Translations under genes and position numbers: made by a program
Shown here: positions 31,681-39,838 of the stretch, piece after piece
Numbering within the stretch: position 1 is the stretch's first letter
How the letters are laid out: each line of letters opens with the position of its first letter
The notes under the pieces: model-generated
What the model was told of the DNA's origin: nothing
Database searches by the model: none
The model's input: only the letters and a program-made list of their open reading frames with translations
Origin: a virus
Reading direction: 5' to 3' (one strand)
DNA length: 40,034 bases
Virus record (IMG/VR): IMGVR_UViG_3300036944_000427
Span: 1 to 40,034 of that record

Positions 31681-33294
31681 TTACACCAGCACAATCAGTT
31701 CTTGGGTGGTTACGGACAAGTGGGATGCCAGCAGCACTACGTCGTAGGTGTCGGTGCCGTCTAGGGCCACATAAGCCACCATGCGTTGCCCCAGCGTCGC
31801 CGTACCGGCTTGAATGTTATCGGTCGCCGTGAAGGGTGACAACACTCGGTTCTGCACGTCAAAACGGTAAATCTGGTTAGCCGCCGATGCCACGTAAATG
31901 TTCATGTAGAACATCCGGCCTTCGTTTTCGAATGGAGCGTAGGTGCCGCAAGTGCCGACCGTGAGCGTGAGCGCACCGTCATAAGTCACGGTGCCGGTCC
32001 ATGTCCCAGCGATTGCGCCAGCGATGTCAAGCACGTCCACGTTTTGAGCGGCACCTCGGAAGAAGTAACAGAACGATTGGCGAGCATTGCGGGCTGGATC
32101 AGGCTGGATGCCGAAGGATGGTGCCCACATGCCGCCCGATGCGTTAGCCGCAGGGGCTGCGCCAAAATACGTTGTAGACCAAGCGTTAGTCACGATGTTG
32201 TTGGTACCGTTGTTGATCGTCGTGTCGTTGTAGTTCCACGTATAGACCGTCGTCGTGGCGGTAGATCGACCAAGGATCAGGTTTGGAAGCTCGATGACGT
32301 ATTTAGCCGACGATGATGGCGTGACAGCCCAAGCCGCGCCCATCGTGTAGACAGGCGATGGACCCGCCGTGTGCGAAGCAATAATCGCCCGTTGGCCAAC
32401 CGCCGTGACGTTGACCAAGTCCTGCACAATACGGATTTGGAAGTTGCGATACTCGTTAGCCTTCACGACAGCATCGCCGCCCGTGGCTTGACCTGTGATG
32501 CTGCTAGCACCGGCTGCGGTCGCAGCTAGTGCGGAGCGGGTGTTTTGGTTGGTGTCGTAGACAAAGGTGCCTTTCACCATGCCCTCGCCGGGGCGGCAAT
32601 CAAATGGCGTGTATTGTTCATCCAGCGCCACAAGCGAAGTATCGGTGCCGACCGTGGCGGGCAGATTGACGATACTTAGGCCCGTTGACAGGGTGTTGGT
32701 AGCAACCTCAAAAGATCGCCAAGCGTTTGCTGCTAGCACACCAGCCGATAGCATGAAGACCCGACCAGACAGGATTTCATAGCCGTCGCCCGTGGCTGGG
32801 GTGAACGTCAGCGGATTGTCAAGCGTGATGGTTGGTGTGGCGCTTGCCGTGTTGCCGACGATATAGCGCTCTTCAGTTTTACCCGAAGCCTTGCCGATGA
32901 TCCTGATCTTAAACCCGTACTCGCCAGACCCGCCGCGATTTGCCAGCATGTTGAGGCCGACAGCGGTTGGAAACGCGGTGGAAACAACGATATTGGTGGT
33001 GGTGTTGCCCGCCGCGAGAACGCCCTTTAGACCTTGTGACGGCGCAAACACCATCGCAGCGCCCGCGCCGAACGTACCTGCCAGCGCAGGGGATTGAACA
33101 AACGACCAAGCCTTAGAGACGATGTTGTAGCGGTTTAGGACCGTGGCGCTTGTCAGTTGATACACAAATGGGTTGCGTGACAGGTCGGAGCGCAAGTCGG
33201 AGCAAAGGCAGGTTGCCGCTGCCGTGGCGTTTGGCGTGGGCGACGTTTGCACCCACATCAAGCGGTCGATAACTTTCTTGAACGTGTTAGCCAT
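31681..33294 (-). CDS. Large beta-rich protein of unknown function, possibly a beta-propeller (537 aa)
   Basis: Uses the internal ATG at 33294. Recurrent segments resemble Kelch-type blades: LNRYNIVSKAWSF, AANAWRSFEVATN, VYTWNYND and QIYRFDVQNRVLSPF. Confidence 0.5.
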   Translation of the reverse strand: MANTFKKVIDRLMWVQTSPTPNATAAATCLCSDLRSDLSRNPFVYQLTSATVLNRYNIVSKAWSFVQSPALAGTFGAGAAMVFAPSQGLKGVLAAGNTTTNIVVSTAFPTAVGLNMLANRGGSGEYGFKIRIIGKASGKTEERYIVGNTASATPTITLDNPLTFTPATGDGYEILSGRVFMLSAGVLAANAWRSFEVATNTLSTGLSIVNLPATVGTDTSLVALDEQYTPFDCRPGEGMVKGTFVYDTNQNTRSALAATAAGASSITGQATGGDAVVKANEYRNFQIRIVQDLVNVTAVGQRAIIASHTAGPSPVYTMGAAWAVTPSSSAKYVIELPNLILGRSTATTTVYTWNYNDTTINNGTNNIVTNAWSTTYFGAAPAANASGGMWAPSFGIQPDPARNARQSFCYFFRGAAQNVDVLDIAGAIAGTWTGTVTYDGALTLTVGTCGTYAPFENEGRMFYMNIYVASAANQIYRFDVQNRVLSPFTATDNIQAGTATLGQRMVAYVALDGTDTYDVVLLASHLSVTTQELIVLV

Positions 33295-33812
33295 TATGTG
33301 ATCCTCGATCTGACGGTCGCGGCCCACGCAGACATATTCTGGCCATTAACGAGTAATTGAGCCTGCTGGTTGCCCATTAAGGTTTGGTTGGCGACGGTGC
33401 CGACTATTGTTACCGTGCCGACTGTGCCGCTTTCAATGATCGTTGTCATCCGGTTCCGGCCCAAAGCCACATCGTAGCCTCTGGGGCTGTTGGTGGCGTT
33501 TAGCAAGCGGATCATGAGGGTCTGGAGGCTTTGCAGCAACTCCGCCGAAATGACATCCGACACCACCAGTTCGGGAGGCAGGATGGTGCCAACGGGCGTA
33601 TACACCGCGTTGGTGTTCAGGTTGAAATAGGTGACAGTCGTGCCGTCATCTCGGCTGACAAAGATTGCGCCGGTGTCGTCTGTCAGCAGGACATCGGCCA
33701 AGGCACCTCCGCCCCCGCCTCCGCCCGTCGTGGGCAGCGGGTTGAGGTCAGTAATCGGCTGACCATCTGCGCTGTTTAGCTTTACAGCTTCTGCTACAGA
33801 ACCTACGTGCAT
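33294..33812 (-). CDS. Hypothetical protein with poly-Gly linker (172 aa)
   Basis: Contains ADGQPITDLNPLPTTGGGGGGGALADV. Its stop overlaps the next ATG. Confidence 0.55.
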   Translation of the reverse strand: MHVGSVAEAVKLNSADGQPITDLNPLPTTGGGGGGGALADVLLTDDTGAIFVSRDDGTTVTYFNLNTNAVYTPVGTILPPELVVSDVISAELLQSLQTLMIRLLNATNSPRGYDVALGRNRMTTIIESGTVGTVTIVGTVANQTLMGNQQAQLLVNGQNMSAWAATVRSRIT

Positions 33813-33815
33813 GAT

Positions 33816-34184
33816 TTACGCCAAAAACTTGAGTTTGTAGAGCGTGCTACGGTACAGGGCTTCAATCTCGTCAACGATGTTTTGAAGAGGGGTATCCAAC
33901 TTGTCAAAAGCCTCGTACCGGCACTCTCTCAGTTCCTTCAATTGGTTTTCAAGGAACTGGGTAATGTTAGCCGTTTTCTTAGCTGATTGCAAAGTGATCG
34001 GACCCATCAAGCCGTACTCACCCTGATAAACCTCTGCCAGCGAATCAGCCAGGTCCACGATCTCGTCGTAGAACGTGTTCAAAGCCGAATGCTTAGAAAA
34101 ACTGCGTGTGTTTAGATGCACAGAATGGGCCACATCCCGCGCTAGGAATAGGTATCCAATAAAGTTTGCCGGTGTCTCTTTCAT
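33816..34184 (-). CDS. Four-helix-bundle protein, tentatively Dps/ferritin-like (122 aa)
   Basis: HSVHLNTRSFSKHSALNTFYDEIVDLADSLAE resembles the Dps helix A-B signature (HWN..G..F..H......YDE..D.IAE). GAAGGA favours the ATG at 34184 (ATGA overlap with the HNH stop); ATG 34190 is the alternative. Low GC. Confidence 0.4.
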   Translation of the reverse strand: MKETPANFIGYLFLARDVAHSVHLNTRSFSKHSALNTFYDEIVDLADSLAEVYQGEYGLMGPITLQSAKKTANITQFLENQLKELRECRYEAFDKLDTPLQNIVDEIEALYRSTLYKLKFLA

Positions 34185-34687
34185 TGACATAATCCTTCAG
34201 ACGCAAATGCGCCGTGATGCTTGGATCTGGCGGCTATAACTGCGGAAATAGCATCTTTTACGTCAGCAAAACGACCTAAATTTATGCACATTTTTTCTGC
34301 GTATATACGTGCTACCCATTTGCGTTTGTTTTTGCACCAAGTGACGCCTTTTACGCCTGAAGTGTTATCCGGTCGCAATTTGCAATTATATGCGTTTTCG
34401 GCGCGGGTTGCAGGACGTAAATTCTCAACCCTGTTGTCATTAGGGTTTTGATTTATATGGTCAATCAATTCAGGAACCCAACCATAATGGTATAAATACA
34501 CTAGCCGATGCGTACGGTGCACACGTCGATCTAACATAATTTGCCGATAGCCGTCTGATTTGCGAAAGGTTCCCGCTTCACTACCAATTACGGTTTTTCG
34601 CGAAGTTTTTTTACGCCAAAAAAGTTTTCCCTCTACGTAAGAAAACATTTCACGCACCTGCGCTTGGGTCAAATTCGGTTGGTTCAT
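34181..34687 (-). CDS. HNH-AP2 homing endonuclease (168 aa)
   Basis: Uses the internal ATG at 34687, with AGGAG 7 nt upstream. HRLVYLYHYGWVPELIDHINQNPNDNRVENLRPATRAEN is the HNH_3 motif. SGVKGVTWCKNKRKWVARIYAEKMCINLGRFADVKDAISAV is an AP2 domain. GC is markedly lower than in the neighbours. Confidence 0.9.
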   Translation of the reverse strand: MNQPNLTQAQVREMFSYVEGKLFWRKKTSRKTVIGSEAGTFRKSDGYRQIMLDRRVHRTHRLVYLYHYGWVPELIDHINQNPNDNRVENLRPATRAENAYNCKLRPDNTSGVKGVTWCKNKRKWVARIYAEKMCINLGRFADVKDAISAVIAARSKHHGAFASEGLCQ

Positions 34688-36854
34688 AAGCAGGCTCCTG
34701 AGGTTCGGTCTCAGGTACGTTATCACGTGGCTCCATAGATTGTCCACCTGAAACAATGTCTCCAGAATCCATTGCGGCGTGGATTGTACCCATGACGATA
34801 TCTTGGATCTGTTCGGGCGACATAGACGCCTGAACGACCGAAATACGCTTAGTTTCCGCGTCAAAGGCCTTAATTTTGGCCTCAAACTGCTTAACCTCGA
34901 CGTCTTGCGCCTCGATTGAGTTCTGGACGTTCTTGAGAACGTCGTGAAGTTGGTCGAGTTCTTGGCCCATGCCCTGAATTTGCTGCTCTGCGGCCTGCAA
35001 TTCGGGTGATTTGTCGTCGTCGGACAGCAATTTGGGGTCAATGGTCTTGCGGAAGCGCTTTGCCATCTCTTGAGCGCCAGGCCAGTCCATGTTTTTGACA
35101 AAAAGGTCGCCTGCGACCTGCCAAAGTTCGGGGTTGCCCTGCAAAAGTTGCGCCATGCCGTCAAGCGCCTCTTGACGCTTGGTCATGTAGCTTGGGCCGG
35201 TTGTCACAACCACGTCGTACTTGCCGACATTGGGGTTGTAGATCTTTTCAAGGACGATTCCGTTCTCGTCTTGGATCTTTTTGACTGGCTCTTGCTGGTC
35301 GGGGTTCAATTTGACCATGCCGACTTCGCCGTCGAGGCCCACAATGCGGGCCACGCGCTGCGTGTCGTAGATTTTGGGGATCAGATCAACCAGTTGCCGG
35401 GTGATGTGGCGAATAGCGCGAGCAAGGTTGTCTACGTAGTGATACGTACCTGTATCACCCTGCTTCTCGCGAGCAAGGATTGCTTTTCCTGATCGCTCGT
35501 TGCTGGTCGCCCCAAGGCTGGAATCATATTGGCCGGTGGTGGACTTGATGTCGTCTGACGCGCCCGCCTTGGCCTGTAGGAGACCGCTGGACGCCATTGG
35601 AGGCTGCGCCCGCTGCGGAAGTGGCAGCATGTTGCCAGCGCCGTCAGTGACGTCGGGATTGACTTCCAGATACGGCCAGTTGTTGGTGTTGGCCGTCTTC
35701 CAGTTCATTTCGTAGCCTTCAAACTGGCCACCGTAGCCAATGAAGGGTGCCTTGGGTGCCAGTGCCAACATTTCTGCTTCTTGGCTGACCCAGTAGTTGT
35801 ACATGCGCTGGGCGTCCTTGGCGTTACGCACCAAGCCCGACACATACATGCGGCCATCGACCTCAAACTCGTTACCGACCACGCGCACGACGGGAATCCA
35901 CTTGCCGGCCCACTCGCGCTCTTCGAGGATCTCAAAGCCGTTGGTCTTGCACCACATGACCTTTTTGCGTTCGGCTGTGCGCGAGCGCAGCGGCTTGCCG
36001 TACATGGCCTTGAGTTGCTTGTCTTCGGGCGTGCCCTCGAAAGCCGTCACGTTGTCGGGGTAGAGATTGAGCTTTTTAGGCTCGCTCTCGTAGTAGAAGT
36101 ACTCCGCGATTCGCACCGTGTTGTCGCCCAGCCATTGGCCGATGCTTTGATCACCCACGCCTTGCGACATGAGCGAACTGACGGGGATGGCGTCGGGAAA
36201 CTGGTGCGCGTATTCGGCCTTGGTGATGTCTTCGGTGATGAAGCACCACTTGGCGTCGGAGCCGCACGGATCTTGGATTGTCGGGTCCATGTAGACGCTG
36301 AACGAGTTGCGGATGCGCCCAATCAGGATGTCTTGGTCAAAGCTATCGTCGCTGCAATAGTCCGTCAGGACGCGCAGGTAGCCTTCTCCGTAAGTGACCT
36401 GGTTGTCGCAAGCCGTGTCGTAGGCCACGTCGGCGTCCGACATATATTCAATGTGGCGCACCATGCCGTCGAAGATTTCGGCAACTTCAATGTCGCCCTT
36501 GTCGTCGGCGGGGATGACCTTGCCGCTAGGGCGGTTTTGCCGCTGTTCGTTCGTCACCTGACGCACATGCTGAGGCAGCTTGTTGATGGTCAGGCAGGGC
36601 CGCGCATTAATCGTTTGGCCCTGCACCGAACCACGGGTAGCCAAGACGTCCGCAGGCCATTGCCACTGGTTGTCAGGGCTACCCGCCATAAAACGCAGGT
36701 CGTCCAACTCGTCTTCACGCGACTCGCTGTAAGACGAAATCGCCATAGTCAGACGGGTTCGCATTGTGCTTAGGCGGTCGCTGTTACCTTTTTCAGCGGC
36801 ATTGCCGCCGACGTTGGCTACTTGGCCAGCCTTAATGATACCCGTGCTGTCCAT
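34650..36854 (-). CDS. Portal protein, P22 gp1-like with long C-terminal helical barrel (734 aa)
   Basis: The size and position fit. Contains ESREDELDDLRFMAGSPDNQW..., INKLPQHVRQVTNEQRQNRP and a C-terminal coiled segment LQAAEQQIQGMGQELDQLHDVLKNVQN. Confidence 0.9.
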   Translation of the reverse strand: MDSTGIIKAGQVANVGGNAAEKGNSDRLSTMRTRLTMAISSYSESREDELDDLRFMAGSPDNQWQWPADVLATRGSVQGQTINARPCLTINKLPQHVRQVTNEQRQNRPSGKVIPADDKGDIEVAEIFDGMVRHIEYMSDADVAYDTACDNQVTYGEGYLRVLTDYCSDDSFDQDILIGRIRNSFSVYMDPTIQDPCGSDAKWCFITEDITKAEYAHQFPDAIPVSSLMSQGVGDQSIGQWLGDNTVRIAEYFYYESEPKKLNLYPDNVTAFEGTPEDKQLKAMYGKPLRSRTAERKKVMWCKTNGFEILEEREWAGKWIPVVRVVGNEFEVDGRMYVSGLVRNAKDAQRMYNYWVSQEAEMLALAPKAPFIGYGGQFEGYEMNWKTANTNNWPYLEVNPDVTDGAGNMLPLPQRAQPPMASSGLLQAKAGASDDIKSTTGQYDSSLGATSNERSGKAILAREKQGDTGTYHYVDNLARAIRHITRQLVDLIPKIYDTQRVARIVGLDGEVGMVKLNPDQQEPVKKIQDENGIVLEKIYNPNVGKYDVVVTTGPSYMTKRQEALDGMAQLLQGNPELWQVAGDLFVKNMDWPGAQEMAKRFRKTIDPKLLSDDDKSPELQAAEQQIQGMGQELDQLHDVLKNVQNSIEAQDVEVKQFEAKIKAFDAETKRISVVQASMSPEQIQDIVMGTIHAAMDSGDIVSGGQSMEPRDNVPETEPQEPAYEPTEFDPSAGA

Positions 36855-36886
36855 GCGCGTTACTTTTTACCTTTTAGAGAAACGTC

Positions 36887-37306
36887 TTATAGGCAGTGGA
36901 TCAGTGCGTAGTTGATGACCACGGCTTCCGACCGCGAAGTGGCCGTAAGGTTCCGCAGTGTGATAGCGGCAACGCCCGCACCCAAGGAACTGGTGTAGGT
37001 GGTGTAGGTGGTGGGATCGGCCACCGAACCGGCAGACACGTTCAGAACCAAGATGTCGTTGGCGCTGATGAGGCTGTTATTCAGGTTAAACGTCACAGCA
37101 GCGTTGCCTAAGAGCGCGGCGGCGTTCATGGTGATGCGGCCAGCCGACTTGTTGAGCGTGACGGCGGTGGCTTTGTCGGTCAACTGCGTGACCGCGCCTT
37201 GCGCGTCGGCGGTGTAGCCCAACTCGTTTGCGGAGTAGATCTTGTCTGCCCCGACGATGTTTTGATCTTCATACGCGACGCCGATTGGCTTAGTGTTTAC
37301 GGACAT
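36887..37306 (-). CDS. Hypothetical beta-rich protein between terL and portal (139 aa)
   Basis: ORF. The TerL stop and this gene's ATG are 1 nt apart. Confidence 0.55.
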   Translation of the reverse strand: MSVNTKPIGVAYEDQNIVGADKIYSANELGYTADAQGAVTQLTDKATAVTLNKSAGRITMNAAALLGNAAVTFNLNNSLISANDILVLNVSAGSVADPTTYTTYTSSLGAGVAAITLRNLTATSRSEAVVINYALIHCL

Positions 37307-37307
37307 A

Positions 37308-38834
37308 TCAAGACCCCATCCAGGAATTGGTTACACTGCTGCCGGCAGAATACGCTCGTTTAGTCTCTTTTGCAACATAGGTCCGATGCGCGACCGGAAA
37401 GGCGAAGGTGACGCATATTGCGTCGGCGGCGTCGGGGGACGCCAAGCCGCGTGCCTTCATATCCTTTTTGCTTTCAAGGAAGATGGACCCCTTGCTGTCG
37501 GGCTTCATGAGCGGGCTAATCAGGTCGGTTTTTAGATAGCGATCACTAGGTATTGAGGCGGTCTTGAGCCATTCGCGCATCTCGCCCCACATCTCGGCAC
37601 GCTTGTTGCCATACATAAGCGGGTTCTTAGCCTTGTTGCCGAAGTTGATGCCTTTGACCTTGTAGCGCTGCTCCTTGAGCCGGTCCACAACGCCTGCCCC
37701 TAGCCCGCCCTCGTCGATTACGACCAAAGCCGGGTTGTACTCTTCAATAGCTTCAATCACCCGTCCAACCGATTCCATCGTGTCATCGCCGCGAAAACGC
37801 TTAATGGCAATAATGTCCCGCCCCTGACGTACAGCAATAACGGTGGCGTCTGCGCCGAAACGCGCCGGATCAACACCAATGACGATGGGTGCTGTTTGAT
37901 CCTTATAGCGCTCACGGTTCATTGCCTCATCGACAACGAGGTTGGATATGAACTGATCGTCGCTGGCGTTGGGGAACATCCCGTAGACCTCGACGTGAGC
38001 CTGGCTGCTGTCGGGGCCATACTCGTCAATGATCTGCTGATACACCGCCTTGTCGGTGCCTTCAACGCTGCGGGCATCGACGACCTTGTTCTTCCAGAAG
38101 TCGCGCTTGGAGTTGAAGGCCTCGTAGAAATACCCCGTGTTGCGGCGGGGGTTGCTGAACGCAAGCCAGAAGCGGTTAGGCGTGTTCTCCGTAAAGAAGC
38201 CGCTTGCCACGGCCCAGATGCTGTCGGGTATGCCCGATGCCTCGTCAAAGATAAGCTGCACGCCGTCGTAGTTGTGTACGCCCGCGTAGGCGTCGGGATT
38301 CTCCTCCGACCACAGCCGGCCCTCGACGGCCCAGTAGCGCGTGCCCTTCTTAAGATCGCGCTCTACCAGTTCGGTAAGCCATTTAGCAGGCATGATGCGT
38401 GTGGCCGCGACCTCGTACCAGTGGCTGTTGAGGCTCATCGCCAGCCACTTGGTTATCTCGGCCCATGTGACCGACCGCAACTGCGATTCAGAGTTGGCCG
38501 ACACGATGGTCGTCGAGCCAATCCGTGTTGATAGCATCCAGATCACCAGCCATGAGACGAGCGCAGACTTCCCGATACCGCGCCCCGATGACGTCGCCAT
38601 GCGGAAGGTGTCGAAATCCAGTTTCCCGTTGTTCTGCTTGATGTGCTCCTTGAGATCCGAAAGCACTTCCCTCTGCCATTTGCGCGGTCCCGTAAAATAT
38701 TCCAGCGGGGTGCCCTTTTGGCCCCACGGGAATGTTAGCATGACAAAAGCTAATGGATCATCCTTGATGACTGGCGACCACATCCTCGACATGAGGGCCA
38801 TTTCATCTGAGGCGCTATACTGCGTCGTTTGCAT
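37308..38834 (-). CDS. terL: Terminase large subunit (508 aa)
   Basis: Walker A is ATSSGRGIGKSAL and Walker B is VQLIFDEASGI. The RNaseH-like nuclease motifs are VIGVDPARFGADATVIAV and VVIDEGGLG. Confidence 0.95.
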   Translation of the reverse strand: MQTTQYSASDEMALMSRMWSPVIKDDPLAFVMLTFPWGQKGTPLEYFTGPRKWQREVLSDLKEHIKQNNGKLDFDTFRMATSSGRGIGKSALVSWLVIWMLSTRIGSTTIVSANSESQLRSVTWAEITKWLAMSLNSHWYEVAATRIMPAKWLTELVERDLKKGTRYWAVEGRLWSEENPDAYAGVHNYDGVQLIFDEASGIPDSIWAVASGFFTENTPNRFWLAFSNPRRNTGYFYEAFNSKRDFWKNKVVDARSVEGTDKAVYQQIIDEYGPDSSQAHVEVYGMFPNASDDQFISNLVVDEAMNRERYKDQTAPIVIGVDPARFGADATVIAVRQGRDIIAIKRFRGDDTMESVGRVIEAIEEYNPALVVIDEGGLGAGVVDRLKEQRYKVKGINFGNKAKNPLMYGNKRAEMWGEMREWLKTASIPSDRYLKTDLISPLMKPDSKGSIFLESKKDMKARGLASPDAADAICVTFAFPVAHRTYVAKETKRAYSAGSSVTNSWMGS

Positions 38835-39115
38835 CAGACGCTCAGTTCGTTTGCTATGCGCGTCAGCACGCCAATAGCAACTGTCTTACCAACACCGCTC
38901 ATAGAGAAACCCGTCTCTGCGTAGGAACAATTATCTTCTTCGTCTGGGATCGTATAGCAAATTACAAGCGCGTCTGGGTTTAAGTCTCCGTCGTCAATAA
39001 ACCGAAGCATACGAACCAAAATGTCCCTTGGCGACCAAAGACGGTTGTCGTTGTTTTTTAGCGCAACCGCTTCGCTGATAGATGTTGGGTAATTTTTAAA
39101 ATCGCCGTCATCCAT
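38834..39115 (-). CDS. Hypothetical acidic protein inserted between terS and terL (93 aa)
   Basis: ORF overlapping both neighbours (8 nt and 1 nt). GC is visibly lower than in either. Confidence 0.55.
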   Translation of the reverse strand: MDDGDFKNYPTSISEAVALKNNDNRLWSPRDILVRMLRFIDDGDLNPDALVICYTIPDEEDNCSYAETGFSMSGVGKTVAIGVLTRIANELSV

Positions 39116-39548
39116 TGTCTGACTCCTGCGTTTCGTCCGTGATGACAGCGTAAGGCGCGTCGATGATCTTCATGACGCGGGTGTTTGCCTGCTCAAGCGC
39201 CTGGGTGATGCTGATGCGCTGGTCGACGTCGATGTTGATCTGCTGCTTGGCGACCCAGCCGTGCTGATGCTTGAGGATCTCCAGCGCAGACTTTGCGTCG
39301 CCGCCTAGTGCTGCCTCGTGCAGGGCGTTGCTCAGTTCCAGTTCGGTGTCGGCCCTGCCTTTAAGTTCTGCAAGCTCTGCGTCCTGATCGAACTGGATAA
39401 GCCTGTTGTAGTCGCTCGGCTGGATGTTGGCCGCGAGGGCTAGGTTGTCGCCGCGTAAGCCCTTCTTTGACGCATGGTAGATCGCGTCTAACTGCGCTTG
39501 CGTCGCCTTGACGCTTTTGGGGGCGTGCGGGATCGAGTGGAAGGTCAT
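39108..39548 (-). CDS. terS: Terminase small subunit candidate (146 aa)
   Basis: It is the first gene of the late arm and lies upstream of terL. It is helical with an oligomerisation-like C-terminus. Position and size are the only evidence. Confidence 0.5.
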   Translation of the reverse strand: MTFHSIPHAPKSVKATQAQLDAIYHASKKGLRGDNLALAANIQPSDYNRLIQFDQDAELAELKGRADTELELSNALHEAALGGDAKSALEILKHQHGWVAKQQINIDVDQRISITQALEQANTRVMKIIDAPYAVITDETQESDNG

Positions 39549-39562
39549 GGCTGCACGATAAT

Positions 39563-39574
39563 ACGCAATTGCGT
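39563..39574. promoter_or_regulatory. 12-bp perfect palindrome ACGCAATTGCGT within the putative late promoter
   Basis: Self-complementary. On the minus strand it lies immediately upstream of a TATTAT box (39558-39563), which is itself 9 nt upstream of the terS ATG. Confidence 0.4.
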
Positions 39575-39651
39575 TTTACGCAAGAAAAGACCCCCGGTCA
39601 GCAAACGTGCGACGCGGGGGCTAGTCCAGGCTCTCAAGGCTTTGTAGCACG

Positions 39652-39676
39652 TATTTTTAAAAAATAAAATTTTGTT
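39652..39676. other. 25-nt, 96% A+T tract (tatttttaaaaaataaaattttgtt) in a GC-rich region; candidate DNA-unwinding or bending element
   Basis: Read directly. It is flanked by G5 runs (39616-39620, 39680-39684). Confidence 0.35.
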
Positions 39677-39727
39677 CGTGGGGGCTCCGTACCAGAAGGC
39701 CCTGCCGCTCGGCCCTCCCCTCCCCCA

Positions 39728-39743
39728 TTGACATAAATGTCAA
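39728..39743. promoter_or_regulatory. Inverted repeat TTGACAT-aa-ATGTCAA
   Basis: Perfect 7-bp arms. It presents TTGACA (-35-like) on both strands. Confidence 0.4.
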
Positions 39744-39817
39744 CAGCCATCGCCAGCCGACCTGGCCCACCGGCCATACCCCACCAGCCCGATAGGGATA
39801 GCGGGTCAAGCCTGAGA

Positions 39818-39838
39818 GGGGGGGCATGAGGGGGGGGG
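39818..39838 (+). repeat. G7-CATGA-G9 homopolymer pair
   Basis: Read directly: G7 at 39818-39824 and G9 at 39830-39838. GGGGGCAT (39820-39827) is the inverted complement of ATGCCCCC (39858-39865). Confidence 0.9.

Noticed and set aside
31542-31832. 96-aa plus-strand ORF
   Set aside because: It runs against the direction of the 24-kb late operon and overlaps the 3' end of 31681..33294. The minus-strand 53-aa ORF fits the operon better.
34688-35164. N-terminal 159 codons of ORF 34181..35164
   Set aside because: They overlap the portal C-terminus out of frame and translate to Arg/Ser/Pro-rich low-complexity sequence. The HNH domain starts at ATG 34687, which has a good AGGAG.
35781-36773. 330-aa plus-strand ORF, plus the smaller ORFs at 35070..35492, 35500..35715 and 35797..36063
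   Set aside because: They are antisense to the portal gene and show the same shadow-ORF composition. The portal frame has clear family motifs.
37896-38877. Plus-strand ORFs 37896..38531 and 38341..38877, and minus-strand out-of-frame ORFs inside terL
   Set aside because: They overlap the terminase large subunit, whose Walker and nuclease motifs fix the true frame.
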